A stretch of DNA of 64,000 bases from Phaeosaccion multiseriatum (GCA_965112735.1 OZ218951.1:3472001-3536000), one strand, 5' to 3'; positions 1 to 25,708 are shown, counted from the first letter of the stretch. A program made the numbers and translations. Notes: generated by a model not told the origin, from the sequence alone.

Positions 1-109
1 CGCACTTGTGCACACACTTACACAAAACACGCACACACACGCACACGCACACGCACACGCACACGCACACACACACACAGCGAGAGCGATAGCCCCCTAA
101 CCCCCTAAC

Positions 110-12424
<12,315 letters not shown>

Positions 12425-12823
12425 TTGGTCACTCTTGCCCTTCCCATTCGAAGGGTGTGCTTCTTCACTACTTCATGCCCACCTATGTTACCAGCTACCT
12501 TCCACCTGCGCTTGTTGCCCTCCCACTCCTGGAGAAAGCTCAACGCGGAAATGGAGGTGCCTGCTGCGGTAGAGTACTGCGGGTAAGAGAGGAGAAGGAA
12601 AACAGCAAAGAGGGAGCCGGAGAGGTGCGTCCACTGCCATTTTTTCCGAAACGCCGAAACGTAACGCCTCGGAAGGCCTGGTTAGTGCGTCTCTGAACTA
12701 TAAGTGACAGCGAGTGGAAGCAGCAAAGCAGAGGGAAGAGACCGGGGGAGCGGAGACAGGGCCGTTGTGCAGAGACCAAGACGAAGAAGGAGAAGAAGAA
12801 AGCAAGGGGAGGGGAAGGAAGTC

Positions 12824-15059
12824 ATGAGTGCAGGAGGCTACGTCGTCAACGCGGCCTGTCCAGATAGCCCAATGTACGTGCTGCACGTGTGTACTGCAGG
12901 AAACTCCAGAGCATGTGGCGCTGACTCGCGTAGCCTTTCATTCTCTCTGGCTCTGCCCTGCTGCTCCCTGCCTCCGTGTTCCAAGCGATGCCCAACTGTG
13001 TTGCCTGTTGCGATGTGAAACGTGCTGCGCTCGAGTAAGGCCTCGCCTGCCCGTACTCAGATGACCGCGAATCTATCTACTGTCGGCCCTTTCTCACTAC
13101 TCCACTCTCTATCCATCGCCCCACTGTCTGTGCTCTCGACCTCTGATCGCAGTGTGGGCATCGGTTTCCAAAATGGAGAACGTTGGGGGAACGTGCTCCG
13201 GATAATCGGAGTCATGTTCATGATGAGCTTCGCCACCCGCATGGATCTCCGATTCATCAAGCGCTACCCTCTCATCTACTTCAACTGGAGCATGTACGTC
13301 GTGTCAAAGTGCTGATATCTGATGTCTCTACCTCCATGTGGAGTCTTCTGCTCAAGGGGCGAGAGGGCGCGAAGTCATGCCCCGGGAAGAGGCAGGTTGA
13401 TTGGCTGCACCTGCGCTCGAAAACCTCCGTCCAATCTTAACGCGCACTGCTCCACCCGTCTACTCGCCCTCCCCCGTTGCTTGATCGATCCCTTTGTACG
13501 GACTGCACTTTGTCCTCCGCGCAGGGGCCTGACGCTAATGGTCCTCCAGCTGCTCATGTCCATCATGGTGCTGAACTGCTGGGCGGGTAAGTAAGACAGT
13601 CAGGCACTGTACTGAAGGGACGGGGGTGGGGTATAGGATTGGGGCGCCCCGACAGAGTCCACGACATCACTCAAACACCGGCCAGTCTGGCTGTCTTCTC
13701 TCTTGCCGTGGAATCGTCTGCTCTACCAGAGCGAGATGGCACTGACGCATGAAGCCTCTCATTCTTTGCTCACTGATTGTCAACATACCCTACTTTGTCC
13801 CCCCCCCCCGTACTCCCTCTTTCCTTCCTTCCTTTGCTTCCTGTCTCCTCCTCCTCCTCCTCCTCCTCCTCCTGGGCCTCCCTGTTTTAGACGAGGAGAC
13901 GAAGAAATTCATCTACGTGCTGAAATTCTTGGAGCTTCTAGTGTCCTCCCTCGTGCCGCTCAGCAGTCTCTGCATTCTCATGGAGCTTGACTCACGAGTG
14001 CACTTTCAGAATACCCAACTCGTGAGGATGTTTGCGCATAGGGTGAGTGATGAGATAGAGAGGAGACGAGGGGAGAGGAGAGGAGAGGAGAGGAGAGGAG
14101 AGGAGGAGGAGAGGAGAGGAGAGGAGAGGAGAGGAGAGGAGGAGGAGAGGAGAGGAGAGGAGAGGAGAGGAGAGGAGAGGAGAGGAGAGGAGAGGAGAGG
14201 AGAGGAGAGGAGAGGAGAGGAGAGGAGAGGAGAGGAGAGGAGAGGAGAGGAGAGGAGAGGAGAGGAGAGGAGAGGAGAGGAGAGGAGAGGAGAGGAGGAG
14301 GAGAGGAGAGAAGAGGAGGAGGAGAGGAGGAGGAGAGGAGAGGAGAGGAGAGGAGAGGAGGAGGAGAGCAGAGGAGAGGAGAGGAGAGGAGAGGAGAGGA
14401 GGAGGAGAGGAGAGAAGAGGAGGAGGAGAGGAGGAGGAGAGGAGAGAAGAGGAGGAGGAGAGGAGGCGGAGAGGAGACGCGAAGCGAGCGCAGCACAGCA
14501 CAGCACTATCTAAGGATGGCAGAGGAGAGGGCTTTGTGGGACCTCCGCTCAAGAAAGGGGCAGCGCAGCGCAGGGAAGGGGAAAGCGCGGTGACACACAC
14601 GTGCCGACCTTACTCGGGCATTGACAACCGCCCCTGTTCTACTGCCGCTCCTTGTCGCTCAAGTCCTCCCTCCCTCCCTCCCTCTCCTCCGCCCTTCCCC
14701 TTCCCTCCCTCTCTCTCTCTCTCTCTCTCTCCCTCTCCCTCTCAGGTGACCATCTCCCTGTCCGTGATCGTGGCTGTTGTGGTCGCCATTGCCAGCGCAG
14801 TGTACTGGAACATGCTCCTGATGACGGGAGGTCAATTTGTGGCGTTCAACTTCGAGGATGCAGACATTGCTCGATGGGTGATGAATTCCTACGTCATCGT
14901 CGGTGAGTGATTAAGGCAGTGAGCGAGGGAGCGAGTGGGGCAGAGAGTAAGGTTCTTTATACACATACAGAGCATGTGCGTCGCTCGCTGGGACCGCCGC
15001 TCACTGCCCTCCTGCATGAGGCCCTTTGGCTTCACCCCTCTCCTTTTGTGTGTGTGTAT

Positions 15060-15101
<42 letters not shown>

Positions 15102-15215
15102 GCGTGGCCCTCGGTGATTCCCAGCACTACATCCCTTTGATCCTCCCCCCGCTCGAGCCCTCCCTTCGCTAACCAACGCTGACGTATGGCAATCAATGGC
15201 ATGGGCACACACACT

Positions 15216-15264
<49 letters not shown>

Positions 15265-16088
15265 ACACCTAGGCGGTTTCATCGCGCCGCTGATGCTAGG
15301 GCTGGTGCTGGACCTTGTGTTCCGTCGCCGAGAGGCCCTAAAGGAGTGCCTGAGAGACGTCGTCGTGGTGAGGCCCCACCTCATGATGTCGGTCGTCGCC
15401 ACCATCGTCGCCCTGTGCACAGGTGTGTGTGGAAGCTTGCCGTGCCCGTTGTGCTTTGCTTTGCTTTGCTTCGCTTCCTCTCTTGTGTACCTAGCTGGGT
15501 GCCTCCCTGGCTGGTCCACTCACTTGGTGCTTGCTTGCTCGCTTGTTGCTTGCCGCTTGCTTGCTTGCCTGTTCTCTTATGCCTTGCTGGGCACTTGGCT
15601 CGCTTGCCCCTACCGACGCCACCACAGCACGGCCGAAGCCTAAGACATCCCCCTCCCCCTGCCCGTCCCCACATTCCTGATGCTTGTGTCGACTCCGGCT
15701 CTCGCCCTTCCTCCCTCCTGCCTCGTGCAACTTGCTGCCAATCAACCAACCAACCAACCACCCACCCACCCAACCAACTGATTCACCAACCTTCGCTCCC
15801 TCCCTCCCTCCCAACCAACCACCACAAGGCACGTTCTCCCTGGTGGATGAGATCGAGCAGTCGGAGGCGACCAACGAGCTCTTCGCAGTGGCCATGACCT
15901 TGCGCTTCACCCAAATCTCTGTCAACGCACAGATTGTCCTCTACTACCTGCCCGGCCTCGAAGCCGTAGCCCATCCTGACACCAGGCACCGAGGCAGCGC
16001 ATCGGCCGGCACCAAGGCTCTTCTCTCCGCCACAGGGGACGGCAAGCAATCGGCTTCGGTCGTCCCGGAGCCTGTGGAGAAGGCCTGA
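12824..16088 (+). CDS. Orphan seven-transmembrane (GPCR-like topology) protein
   Basis: Approximate exons: 12824-12886, 13061-13293, 13525-13586, 13891-14042, 14746-14902, 15273-15422, 15829-16088. They join in frame at GT-AG sites and give seven hydrophobic segments (e.g. WGNVLRIIGVMFMMSF, GLTLMVLQLLMSIMVL, VTISLSVIVAVVVAIASAVYW, LFAVAMTLRFTQISVNAQIVLYYL). The first exon is uncertain. Confidence 0.65.
14058..14475. repeat. (AGAGG)n intronic microsatellite
   Basis: Visible array in an intron of the 7TM gene. Confidence 0.95.
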
Positions 16089-16586
16089 GCCGAAGGCTTT
16101 GAACGGAAGGCCTGAACTAAACGTCTGAGCCTCTGAAGGACGGGCGAGGTGTGGTGGTGACGCTCGGTGCTCCGTTTTGTGTATGTGAGCGCATGAGTGC
16201 GTGCGTGAGTGCGTGCGCCACACAGCCTCGGCTGGCTGTGAGAGAGCGAGGGTGACCAGCGTAGAGGGACGGAGACGTCTGACCTCCTGCGCATGGACGC
16301 AGAGGGCCCAGAGTATCTGTCGCCTTCTCCCCATAGTCAAGCGTGAGACGTGCCCCTTTGTGTCTAGCAAGGCTAGCCATAGCTGGCTTGCGTTTATGCT
16401 TAGAGTAGAGCCCGTGAGTGTATGTTTGTGATACATGTTACGTGTTGATGTGTCTGTTTCTGTGATCTGTGTTTCATGCCTTGTTGAGTGGCCCCGGTTG
16501 AGGCGGTTTCAGTCTCGTGTTGGGAAGTTCGATCATCCTAGGCCCCCTTTTGTATGTGTCTCTCTAGTAGAAGAACATACCAAGCA

Positions 16587-16620
<34 letters not shown>

Positions 16621-17411
16621 GAAAAGGAAAGAAGAGAAGAGAAGAGAATGACCTTGGCCTTCTTCTCAGCGCTCAGAGCGAACATTCTGTCGCCCTTTTC
16701 GCTCGATTCGCGCACTCGGACTCGGCACCAGTTAAGAGAGGCGCCAGCAGACTATAGTGGAGGGAGGAGGGGTGAGGCTTCTCCTTATTGGCCAAGTTAA
16801 CCACAGTGCGGCATTTGGGGAGTGCTCCGTGGAGTCGTGGTGTAAGACATGCGCGTCTGGACGACACCCAAGGCCAAGTGAGTGCCTACCTACCCAAACG
16901 CCTCGCCCACCCCTCCCTCTCTCTGTGCATCTCAGTTTAGTTTCAGTTGTCTGTGTGGCTCTTCTCTTGCCGACCCGTGTGGGACAGCGCAGGGCGACCT
17001 GCAGTGAGTGAGCGAGGGAGGGAGGGAGGGAGCAAGCATCGTACTCACATAGAGAGCGGCGCCTTTAGGCTTCGAGAAGGAAGGAAGGAAGGAAGGAAGG
17101 AAGGAAGGAAGGAAGGAAGGAAGGAAGGAAGGAAGGAAGGAAGGAAGGAAGGAAGGAAGGAAAGAAGGAGGGGCTCGTATTCCTGGGACTTAAACTAGCG
17201 ACAGCCCTCTTTCTGATAACAAAAGTATGTACATAAAACTCCTTAACAAAAAAAACAATACTTGGTACAAAGTACGTATCTCGTCCACGTCCTCCCCCTA
17301 CTCGCCAAACATGGAGGGAAGATGAAGATATCACTGCGCTCCTCCTCCCCTCCCTTACCCCTCCTCCGTCCTCTGTATAACCACCTTGTGCACACCGTGT
17401 GCCAGTTGTTA

Positions 17412-19843
17412 CTACTCGTCCTCCTCCTCCACCCTGAGAGGCACCTTGTGCCAGTTGTTGGCAAGCACCCCTCTGAGGTTCCAGAAGGGCGCAATTGTCT
17501 CGGGCTGCACATTGTAAGAGCTGTCGGTAGCCTTACACATGAGCTGAATGCCCCCCTCCTCCCCCCCTCCTCCCTGGCTGCCGCCCTTACCCACAGGCAT
17601 GGGCATGTCTACCTCCCAAGGAGTCCAGGCCTGCGAAGGGGCGGAACAGGGCGCGGTGTGTGTGTGTGTGTGTGTGTGTGTATAGCGGGGGGGCGGGGGT
17701 CACCAGAGTGACGTGATGATAGAACAGAGTCCCGTCTCCCGCCCCCACGCCCCCTCCCCTCACCTCACCTCGCCTTCCCCTCCTCTGCCCATCAACTGCC
17801 ATCCCTCCCCCTCCCCCTCCCCCTCGCCTTCCCTCTCCATCCACTGCCATCCCCTCCCATCACCTCCCCACTCACCCATGTGCGATGAAGAGGCTGGCCT
17901 GTGGGAGCGAGCTTTGCTGTGACCCATGTGTCCCCCCCGTCCGAGGACACGTCCACCCTCACGATACCCCGGCCCCCTCCGCTCCATGCATAGCCCTTCA
18001 CGGGGATGCTATCGGAGTAGGGAGACACCGCTGAGCCCTGCGGTGGGGAGGGGAGGGCAGGAAGGGTTACACAGCGAAAGCAAGACGTAAGAGAGGGGGC
18101 GAGGGAGGGTGCGAGGCAACATGCATAAGCCAACAGGAGCTCTCTCCCTCTGTCTCATTGTGTGCGTCTCTCGCTCTCTCCGTGTGTGCCTCTCTCTCTC
18201 TGTGTGTGTGTGTCTCTCTCTCTCTGTGTGGGTAGACAGAGCTTGCACACTGCTGCAGTACACGAACTACCACAGAGCCTTCACACCGTTCCCAGTAAAG
18301 TAAAAGGGGCACAATGCACCGCCCCATCCCGTGGGCTTCGCTTCCCCTCCCCACCAAACAGAGGACAGACCGCAGCGGAGCTTTTGCCTGACTGAACGAC
18401 TGACTGACTCGCTGCCTGTCTGAGTGACTGATCGACTGACTGATTGACTGACCTCAGTGGGGGAGCAGATGGCGGACGTTACGGGCATCTCCTGAATAGC
18501 AGGGGCGGACTCGAAATCCACGTTGTCCCAGTCCACTGTATGGTGTTTGTAGTACACGCGTATGGCACACGGGTTCAACAAGAGGTACAGGGGGGCACAA
18601 GGAGGGGACACATGGCAAGGCAGGCAGGCAGGCAGGCGGGCAGGCAGGGGGAGGGAGGGGAAGGGAGGGGTAGGTGAGGGTCAGGGCAAGCCAAGTGAGA
18701 AGAAAGAGAGAGCCAGTGCTGCACGTTGGCAAGGCCAAAGAGCGCGGACTGAAAAGCGAATGCATATTTACACTTCATCTTCGCAGGTAGCGACGGAAGA
18801 GACGAGAGAAGAGAGAACGGGGAAGAGAGCGTGTCTAATTGAAGGCACTCACTCACTCACTCACTCACTCACTCACTCACTCACCGTTGGGACTGAAGCC
18901 TTTGTAGTCCTTCTTCTGCCAATGGTTGTCGCTCTCCTCAGTGCTGGCGGTCACCTTGCCCAGCCACTTGACGTTGCGTGCCCCCGTCACGCCGGGCACG
19001 ATGAGGCGCACGGGGAAGCCTTGCGATGCCATAGAGCGATATATTATAATAAGATGCAAGAATAAGATAAAATAGTACTACAAGTAAGAAAGAGGGGAGA
19101 GATATATAAGAATGGCAAAAGGCGTAAGAGGAGCACAGGGCATACGGCACCATAAGGCACAAGGAAGCCTTGGGAAAGGGCAATCATAGGGACGGCCCCC
19201 CGTGTCCTGACACCAGTCGCTCCACCCCTCACGCCCTTCACCTGCCTCATCCCTCACCGTGATCTCTGGGCACGTCCTCTCCGTTCATCTCAAAGGCGAG
19301 AATCACGTCTCCCTGCCTGTCCACCGCCTTGTGTGCGGGGATGGATGCCCCGTAGCAGGTCGTAAGATCTCTGTCGAGGCCCTCGAACTGAACGTGTTGT
19401 ATTCTGCCCGGCGCTCCGTCGTCGCTGTCTGCATCAACGTCCATGCCTGCAGAGGCCAGCACATCACGCAGACGCACTCCTGCGATGGATGTTTGTGGGG
19501 GGGGGGGGGGAGCGGGGGGGAGGGGCGAAGGGAGGGAGAGTAGAGTCAGCGCGGAGGATAACGAGGGCAGCAGTTGGTGATACAACTTCTACAGAGCCCC
19601 CTCTCCCCCCTCCTCTCTCCCTCCCCCCCCTTGCCCCTCACCTGTCCACTCGGCAGTGCTGATGGCAGTGAAGCTCCAATTGAGACCTTTGACGGCCTTG
19701 ACAGGTGTCATTTGATTGCGTCTGTTGCCGGCGCACTGAACGCTGCTCACCACCTTGACGTGTTGGTAATTCGCCTTGAGGTCGGCCAAAGAGAGCTTGA
19801 GGGGCTGCTTAGAGGAACCCTCCACCCCCACCTCCAGCTGAGG

Positions 19844-19878
<35 letters not shown>

Positions 19879-22233
19879 CACACACACACACGCACACAAA
19901 GCGTTTATACAGGAGAGCGTGAAGGCGAGAACGAGAGAGAGGGAGAGGGGGGGGGAAGAAAGGCAGGGAGGCAGGGAGGGAGAGGGAGGGAAGGACGGAG
20001 AGTGGTGAAGAGGCAAGGCCAGGCAAAACAAGACAAGCCAAGGCAGAAATGCCTCCTCCTTCCTTCGCCCCTTCTTCCCCTCCCCTCTCCTCCCTCCCCC
20101 CCCTCTCCTTCCCTCCCCCCACCTCCCCACCTCATATGTATTCGGATCAATGTTGGGCACAGGGAGGTGATTGCGGACGTAGAACAGATCGTTCGGTGTG
20201 ATGAAACCCGCGTCGATGAGCAGCTCGGAGGGGGGCTCGGCGTTGAAGGGCTTGGCGGAGTTGATGGTGAAGGCGGGGTGACGCAAAGGGTCGCCGGAGA
20301 ATGGGTCTGACTCATCGACGGGTAACGCGCTGGGTACCTGTGGGAGGGGAGGGGAGGAGAGGCAGAGACAGACGGCTCAGGTGCCTTCCCTTCCGCCTCC
20401 TTTCCCGCTTGCCCTCACGACCCTCAAAAGCGCCGTCACGCCACAGCACGCCCCCACGCCCCATGCACACACACACACGCCCACGCCACGGCAGATGGCA
20501 GCTCATGCACACGCTGATACACCACACTCCACAGACATGCCCCGGCCGTGCAGGGAGAGGGACGCACGGGTACATACATACATGCACCCACTCATTCAGA
20601 GAAGGCCACTCTCGTCTTGCCTTGTCCTCTCTCTCCCTCTCACTACTCATCATTCGCCTGTTTCTCCCTCTCACTACTCATCATTCGCCTGTCTCTCCCT
20701 CTCTCTCTCTCTCCCTCTCTGTCTCCTCCCTCCACTCCCTCCCTCCCTCACCATATCCTCCTCTGGCAGAGTGCCGATGCGGAGTCCCTCGAGGATGCCC
20801 TTGACGTCTTCGCTGTTGTGCACGGCGTACAGCTTCCAGAACGGCTCGATGGACCCGCCTGAGCAGGGCAGGGCAGGGCAGTTGGTGATACCGGGCAGGG
20901 CAGGGCAGAGCAGAGCAGAGCAGAGCAGAGAGAAAGGGGGGGGGGATAGCGGGGCCCAGGAGGGGAAGGAGGAGGAGGAGGAGGAGGAGGAGAAGGAGGA
21001 GGAGGAGGATGAGGAGCAGGAGGAGGAGAAGGAGGTGGGTAGGAGAGGGGGGAAGCCTAATCTCGAGAAGCAGGGACACGCACAGCTCCATCGATATTTT
21101 CCCATTCCTCATCAGCGCTCTGCCTCCATCCCTCCCTCCCTTCGCCTCTTCGCTCCATCTCCCTCCACTCCCTCCCTCCCTGATACTCCCTCCCTCCCTC
21201 CCTCCCTGATACTCCCTCTCCGCCCTCCCTCGCTCACCGGCGGCCATCATGATCCTCTTGGCTCCTCCAGGATGGCCTCTCGCAAACTCCGTAATGTCGT
21301 ACACGCCATCCTTGTACGTGACCCATACGCCCGTCTCGGGAGTGCAGTGCTCGGCCACCTCCGCCCTCGAAATGGTTCTGTACAAGGCCGTACTGTCCCC
21401 TCCCTCTGCGGCCGAGCACTGAGCGGTCTTGTCCCCCCCCACGCCTTTAAGCACCTTCTGCTTGCTGACCTCCCCTGTTACGGGGTCTACCACTCGGTCG
21501 CCTCGCATCATGAGGAACACTGGATGGAGCAAGGCCACGTAGGGGATGCAGCAAGAGAGAGAGAGAAAGAGAGAGAGAGAAAGACAGGCAGACAGGAGGG
21601 GGGGCATGTCAAGACAGATGGGGGCGCCAGGGTTACCAAAACAAACAAAAACAAAGCCAAGCAACAAGAGAGAGAGGGGGGGGGGGGCAGGGGGGAAATG
21701 GGGAAGGGGCATGCGAGGATAGATGGGGCGTCCACAAAAATAAACACAAACAAAACAAAGACAGATACTTGTGCCCTTACACTCATCCTCTTCCCTCCAT
21801 TCTCCTCACCTGCAGTAGAAGTCACGCTCACGACAACAAACACGACTCCCACGAAAGACGGATCCCAAGGTATGGCCAACGGGGTAGTTCTCCGGCTCGC
21901 TCCAGCAGAGGCGGGGCTCGGGTGGGGGGCGACAACCCTCGCGCCGGGGTTGCCGCTCCCTTTTCCGTCAAACCTTCGCACTCTTCGGCCACTTCTGCTC
22001 CTGCTACCGCGGCTGCTGCTTGTGGTGCTGCTGTTTCTACTACTGGTACGGAGGGATTGGAGGCGTGCAGTCGCAGAGCCGGGGCATTTAGAGCACCCCG
22101 AGAGCCCACTAAAGCTGCTCCTGCTGCCCCCCGTCCCCGCCTTCCTAAGCCCCGCGGAGCTGCTACATCTGCCGCTGTTGAGGGAAGCCTTTCCCCCACT
22201 CTTCAGCGCCCAGGCGAAGGACCTCGACAACAT
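17412..22233 (-). CDS. SUOX: Sulfite oxidase, animal-type (presequence + TM segment + cytochrome b5 + Mo-pterin + dimerisation domains)
   Basis: Cytochrome b5 motifs [19 protein letters not shown] and [14 protein letters not shown]. Moco domain [58 protein letters not shown]-terminal [18 protein letters not shown] and [25 protein letters not shown]. About 10 exons; N-terminus [11 protein letters not shown] is Arg/Ser-rich. Confidence 0.93.
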
Positions 22234-22678
22234 CCTTTGGCAGCAGCGATAGCAGCTCTTTTGGGGTGCGGCTTTTTTTATGTTTATTGACTTACTGCTC
22301 CTTATTTTTCCAATTCCTTCTCCTCCTCCTCCTTTCTCATGTGTCATAATGTCCTCTTCAAAGTGGTTATAATAGGACTTTAATAAGCGGTGTTGTATGC
22401 CTGTAGACGCACGCGCCCCCACACGCACCCTTGGGTGTGAAGCTCGGGGGCTTTTGTCTGGCCGTTTGGGAAGCAAGATCTGAGAATTTGAGAATTTGAT
22501 TGTAAGCATTACCAAGGAGCACAAGATGTCTCCCATTGCTCCCTGAAGGGCCTTTACGGTCTACCACAGCCCTAGGGTGACGGGGTCTCGGGGTGAGGGA
22601 GGGCCAGGGAGGGGGGTGCTTCAGCGGCCAGGCTGTCGGCTGCCGTTGGCAGGCTGTGGCTCAGCCCAGTTGTACGTA

Positions 22679-24511
22679 ATGGCGCGCGACATTGTCCATG
22701 TCTGCTGCAGCTCTAAGATGCAAAAGCACAGACTCAGTTGCCGTGAGCACCCCCCATCGAACGACCAACAGGGGGAAGGCGGCAGCAGCTTCGTTGGCGG
22801 GGACGGGGCAGTGGCACAGGCTGCTGGTGGGCAGGCGGCGACACCAGCTCCCAAACAGGCAAGCGCGACAGAGCAGCGGCGGCGGCAAGCAGCGGAGGAG
22901 CAGTGGAATGTCGACCCGGATTGCCCCCTAGTTCTGGTCATGGAGAAGGCTTTTAAGGGTGTTACGACAGACGAGAGCGCCCAGGCGTCGGCAGAGGGCA
23001 TTGCTCAGGGCCTGGGGACCGCCCTCCGGACGGGCGAGACGGATGGCCGTCCGGGAAACGTGCTGAGGACCCTGATGAGGCGCCTCATCCCTGTCTTGTG
23101 TGAGAATACGAACATCGGCCTCTCGGTAGAGGATTCCGTCAGCAGCGAGGAGTTCCTGCGATGGATTGCTCACTGGGTGTTTCTGGGCACTACAAAGGTT
23201 TCGTTGGCCACCGCCTTCGAAGACCTGGCAATTTTAGCGGACATCACTCCTATGACGGTGGAGCGCTTCAGGTTCATCTGGCAGCATGTGAAGCCCTTCA
23301 AGGCCGACAGAGCAACGGTGAGTAGCTGTGTGTTGGCCGAGGGCCTTTTTTCGAGTTGAGTTGCTGTGTGCAGTGCGCTGCTTTGGACTGAGTGCGTGGA
23401 CGTAGACGCGCGTACCCCCCCCCCCCCCCCGTGTCCAGTCCTTTTGATCTGCTCTCCTCACTCCTGTCGTTGCTCGCTGTGAATCCTCCTGCCCACGCCG
23501 CTCTCCGCCAGTCCTCAGGCAACACCGGGGACAGTCAGGCGGACGACTTCGAACAGGTCGCACTGGACCGTAACATGAAGGCGGCGAGGAGTCTCAACTC
23601 GCGCAAGAGAGGCAGGGAGGGCCATTGCAACGACGCGCTCGCAGGGAGCGAGCTTAACGTATTCGACTCTGCGCGGGCAGCCGCGGTCGAGGTTCTGCAG
23701 GACACGGAGCCGCGAACTTCGGCGCCCACGGAATCTCCAGGAAAGGTGTCGCATGGGTGGACTACCACCCTGACCGGCAGGGCCTTCGACGATGCTCGTC
23801 GGACGGCCAGGGAGATGGAGAGCGGGCATAAGCGCAATCGCATAGATGCATTCAACGAGCCCACCCTGCGCAAACTCCGGTGCGTCGAATTCCAACAGCA
23901 GAGAAAACGATTTGTCCCCGAGATGGGAGAGGGAGGGAAGGGGGCGGTGCTATGAGAGTAACTAAACTAGTTGCCCTCCGCGTTCACAGTCACTACGGGC
24001 TGGCCCCGGCTCGCCAACCGCCCCACTCGATGTCCCCTCCTAACCCTTAAACCCCACGGCTCTAACCATATCCCACTGGCCCACTCTTCCTTCTCGCTTG
24101 TCCTTTCTCTCCAACCATGCCAACGCGCACAGGACGGGGGGTGGGTGCCATACTTTCCGGTCAACCCCGGGCCAGAAGCAGCGCCGTTGCGTCTTGTGCG
24201 ACAAGGGAAAGACAACGAGGATGTGTGTGATATGCTGCGTGCCTCTGTGTCAAATCCAGAGGAAAGGGGTGCCGAGGAACTGTGACGCACGATGGCATTC
24301 CGTCAAGAAGCTCGAGAGAGCAAAGCCGGGCAAGAAGCGGGAGGCGGGAAACGACGGTGCGCTGACCAAAGCAAGCGGCGAGGGGGGGGGCAGGGGGGCT
24401 TCGTCGGGTGAGGGTGCGAGTGCGAGCAGCTCCGACTCGTCTTCTGACTCGGAGGACGGGGAGCCGTCGAGCCTCTCGGCGTCGGGGTCTCATCGCGGAG
24501 GGAATGGATAG
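22679..24511 (+). mobile_element. piggyBac-like transposase-derived gene, spliced, apparently lacking the DDD catalytic core
   Basis: Segments LCENTNIGL..SEEFLRWIAHWVFLG and MTVERFRFIWQHVKPF resemble the piggyBac N-terminal/DDBD region. The C-terminal Cys-rich domain RRCVLC..KTTRMCVICCVPLC..NCDARWH resembles the piggyBac CRD. Putative introns 23318-23511 and 23880-24132 join three ORFs in frame. No TIR/TTAA pair found. Confidence 0.65.
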
Positions 24512-25708
24512 GGGCAGCGGGATGGCAGCGGACGGCCAATCTCCTGCAACATGTAGGGAAGGAAGCGGGACTGGAGAGCGGTAGATGGACGGACCCTGCA
24601 GGCAGAGGTAGCAGGCAGGGTGTAGCAGGCAGGGGTAGCAGAAAGAGTGAAGGCAGCAGTGGGGGTGAGTTGGGGCAGCAGAGCGGGGAACGGCCTTGGC
24701 GCAAGCAGAGCCCGGGGGGGGGGGGGGGGCAAAGGCAACCGGGGGAGAAGCGCATATTTTTGTGGCCTCGAGGGGGGGGACTTGGGGAACTTTTTAGTGA
24801 AGTGTTCGGTGGTCGCATTGTGTACTGTAGAGAATTCCCAGTGCTGCAAGTTGTGCAAGGAACAAGGAAGACGGGAAGGGAAGACTGTGTGTGGGGGATC
24901 CGAAACCTATGCAACCAGGCCCACGAGCGGGCACCAAGAGGAGGAGGAGCACTTGTCCCTACTGTCTCGTCAAGCGGACCTAATTCGTTCCACTGTGCCC
25001 AAAAATACTAACAGAAACGTGCTTTCCATGCCCTCAACACACTAAATACTAAATAATGCCTTTTTTTTTAAAGTCCAATAACCTGGGTACTGGGTTAGGG
25101 ACAGTGCAGAAGAAAAAAAAGAACACAGTAAGCATACGGGCACTGCCAACCGCTTCCAATCCTTTTCTTCATGTTACAGTACCCTGCCCGACTGACTCGA
25201 TACGCAATAAATACGCAAGCTCTCGACCCATACATACATAGCACAACAGCCTGCAAACCGTGGGACTCGTTCGGGAAGTAGGTATCGTTCTCCTTAGCGA
25301 GAAACGTGACTGTAGAGCTTTGCGCCATCGAGGGCCTGTGTTCAACGTCCCATCAAGTCTGCAGGCAGACCGCAGGCAGACGACAGGCACCCTCCTTCCT
25401 CGACTTTTTCCACCGTCTCCCTCCCTCCTGATGCCTTGAACCCCTTCCCTCGAAAGGCTGGTGTGCTGCTGCCGTGGTACGAAGGATGAGGGAGTAGAGC
25501 TCTTTCAGCTCCTCCCCTTCCCTGCAAAGGCAGGCGAAAAGAGCCAGACAAACAAACAAAACCGCAGAGCAGCGCTCTCTCTCCCTCTCTTCTCGCCATC
25601 CGAGCACAAAGTCAACACACACAGGAACCAGTCCGCCTACTCAAGCCAGGGACGGCCAGCCAACGAACCAGAGCCAACCAACCAGTCAGTCAGCCACCCC
25701 CAGCCAGA

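Noticed and set aside
16089-17411. Possible extra gene between the 7TM gene and SUOX
   Set aside because: Splice-like signals and microsatellites are present, but no coherent coding frame; most simply convergent 3' UTRs.
20381-22252. 623-aa plus-strand ORF
   Set aside because: Antisense to SUOX exons and introns, low complexity, no recognisable domain.
22360-25100. Possible piggyBac terminal inverted repeats (GGACTTTAA at ~22375 vs TTAAAGTCC at ~25068; GGGTTAG at ~25092)
   Set aside because: Only a ~9-bp match, and no paired TTAA-CCC...GGG-TTAA ends; not distinguishable from chance.
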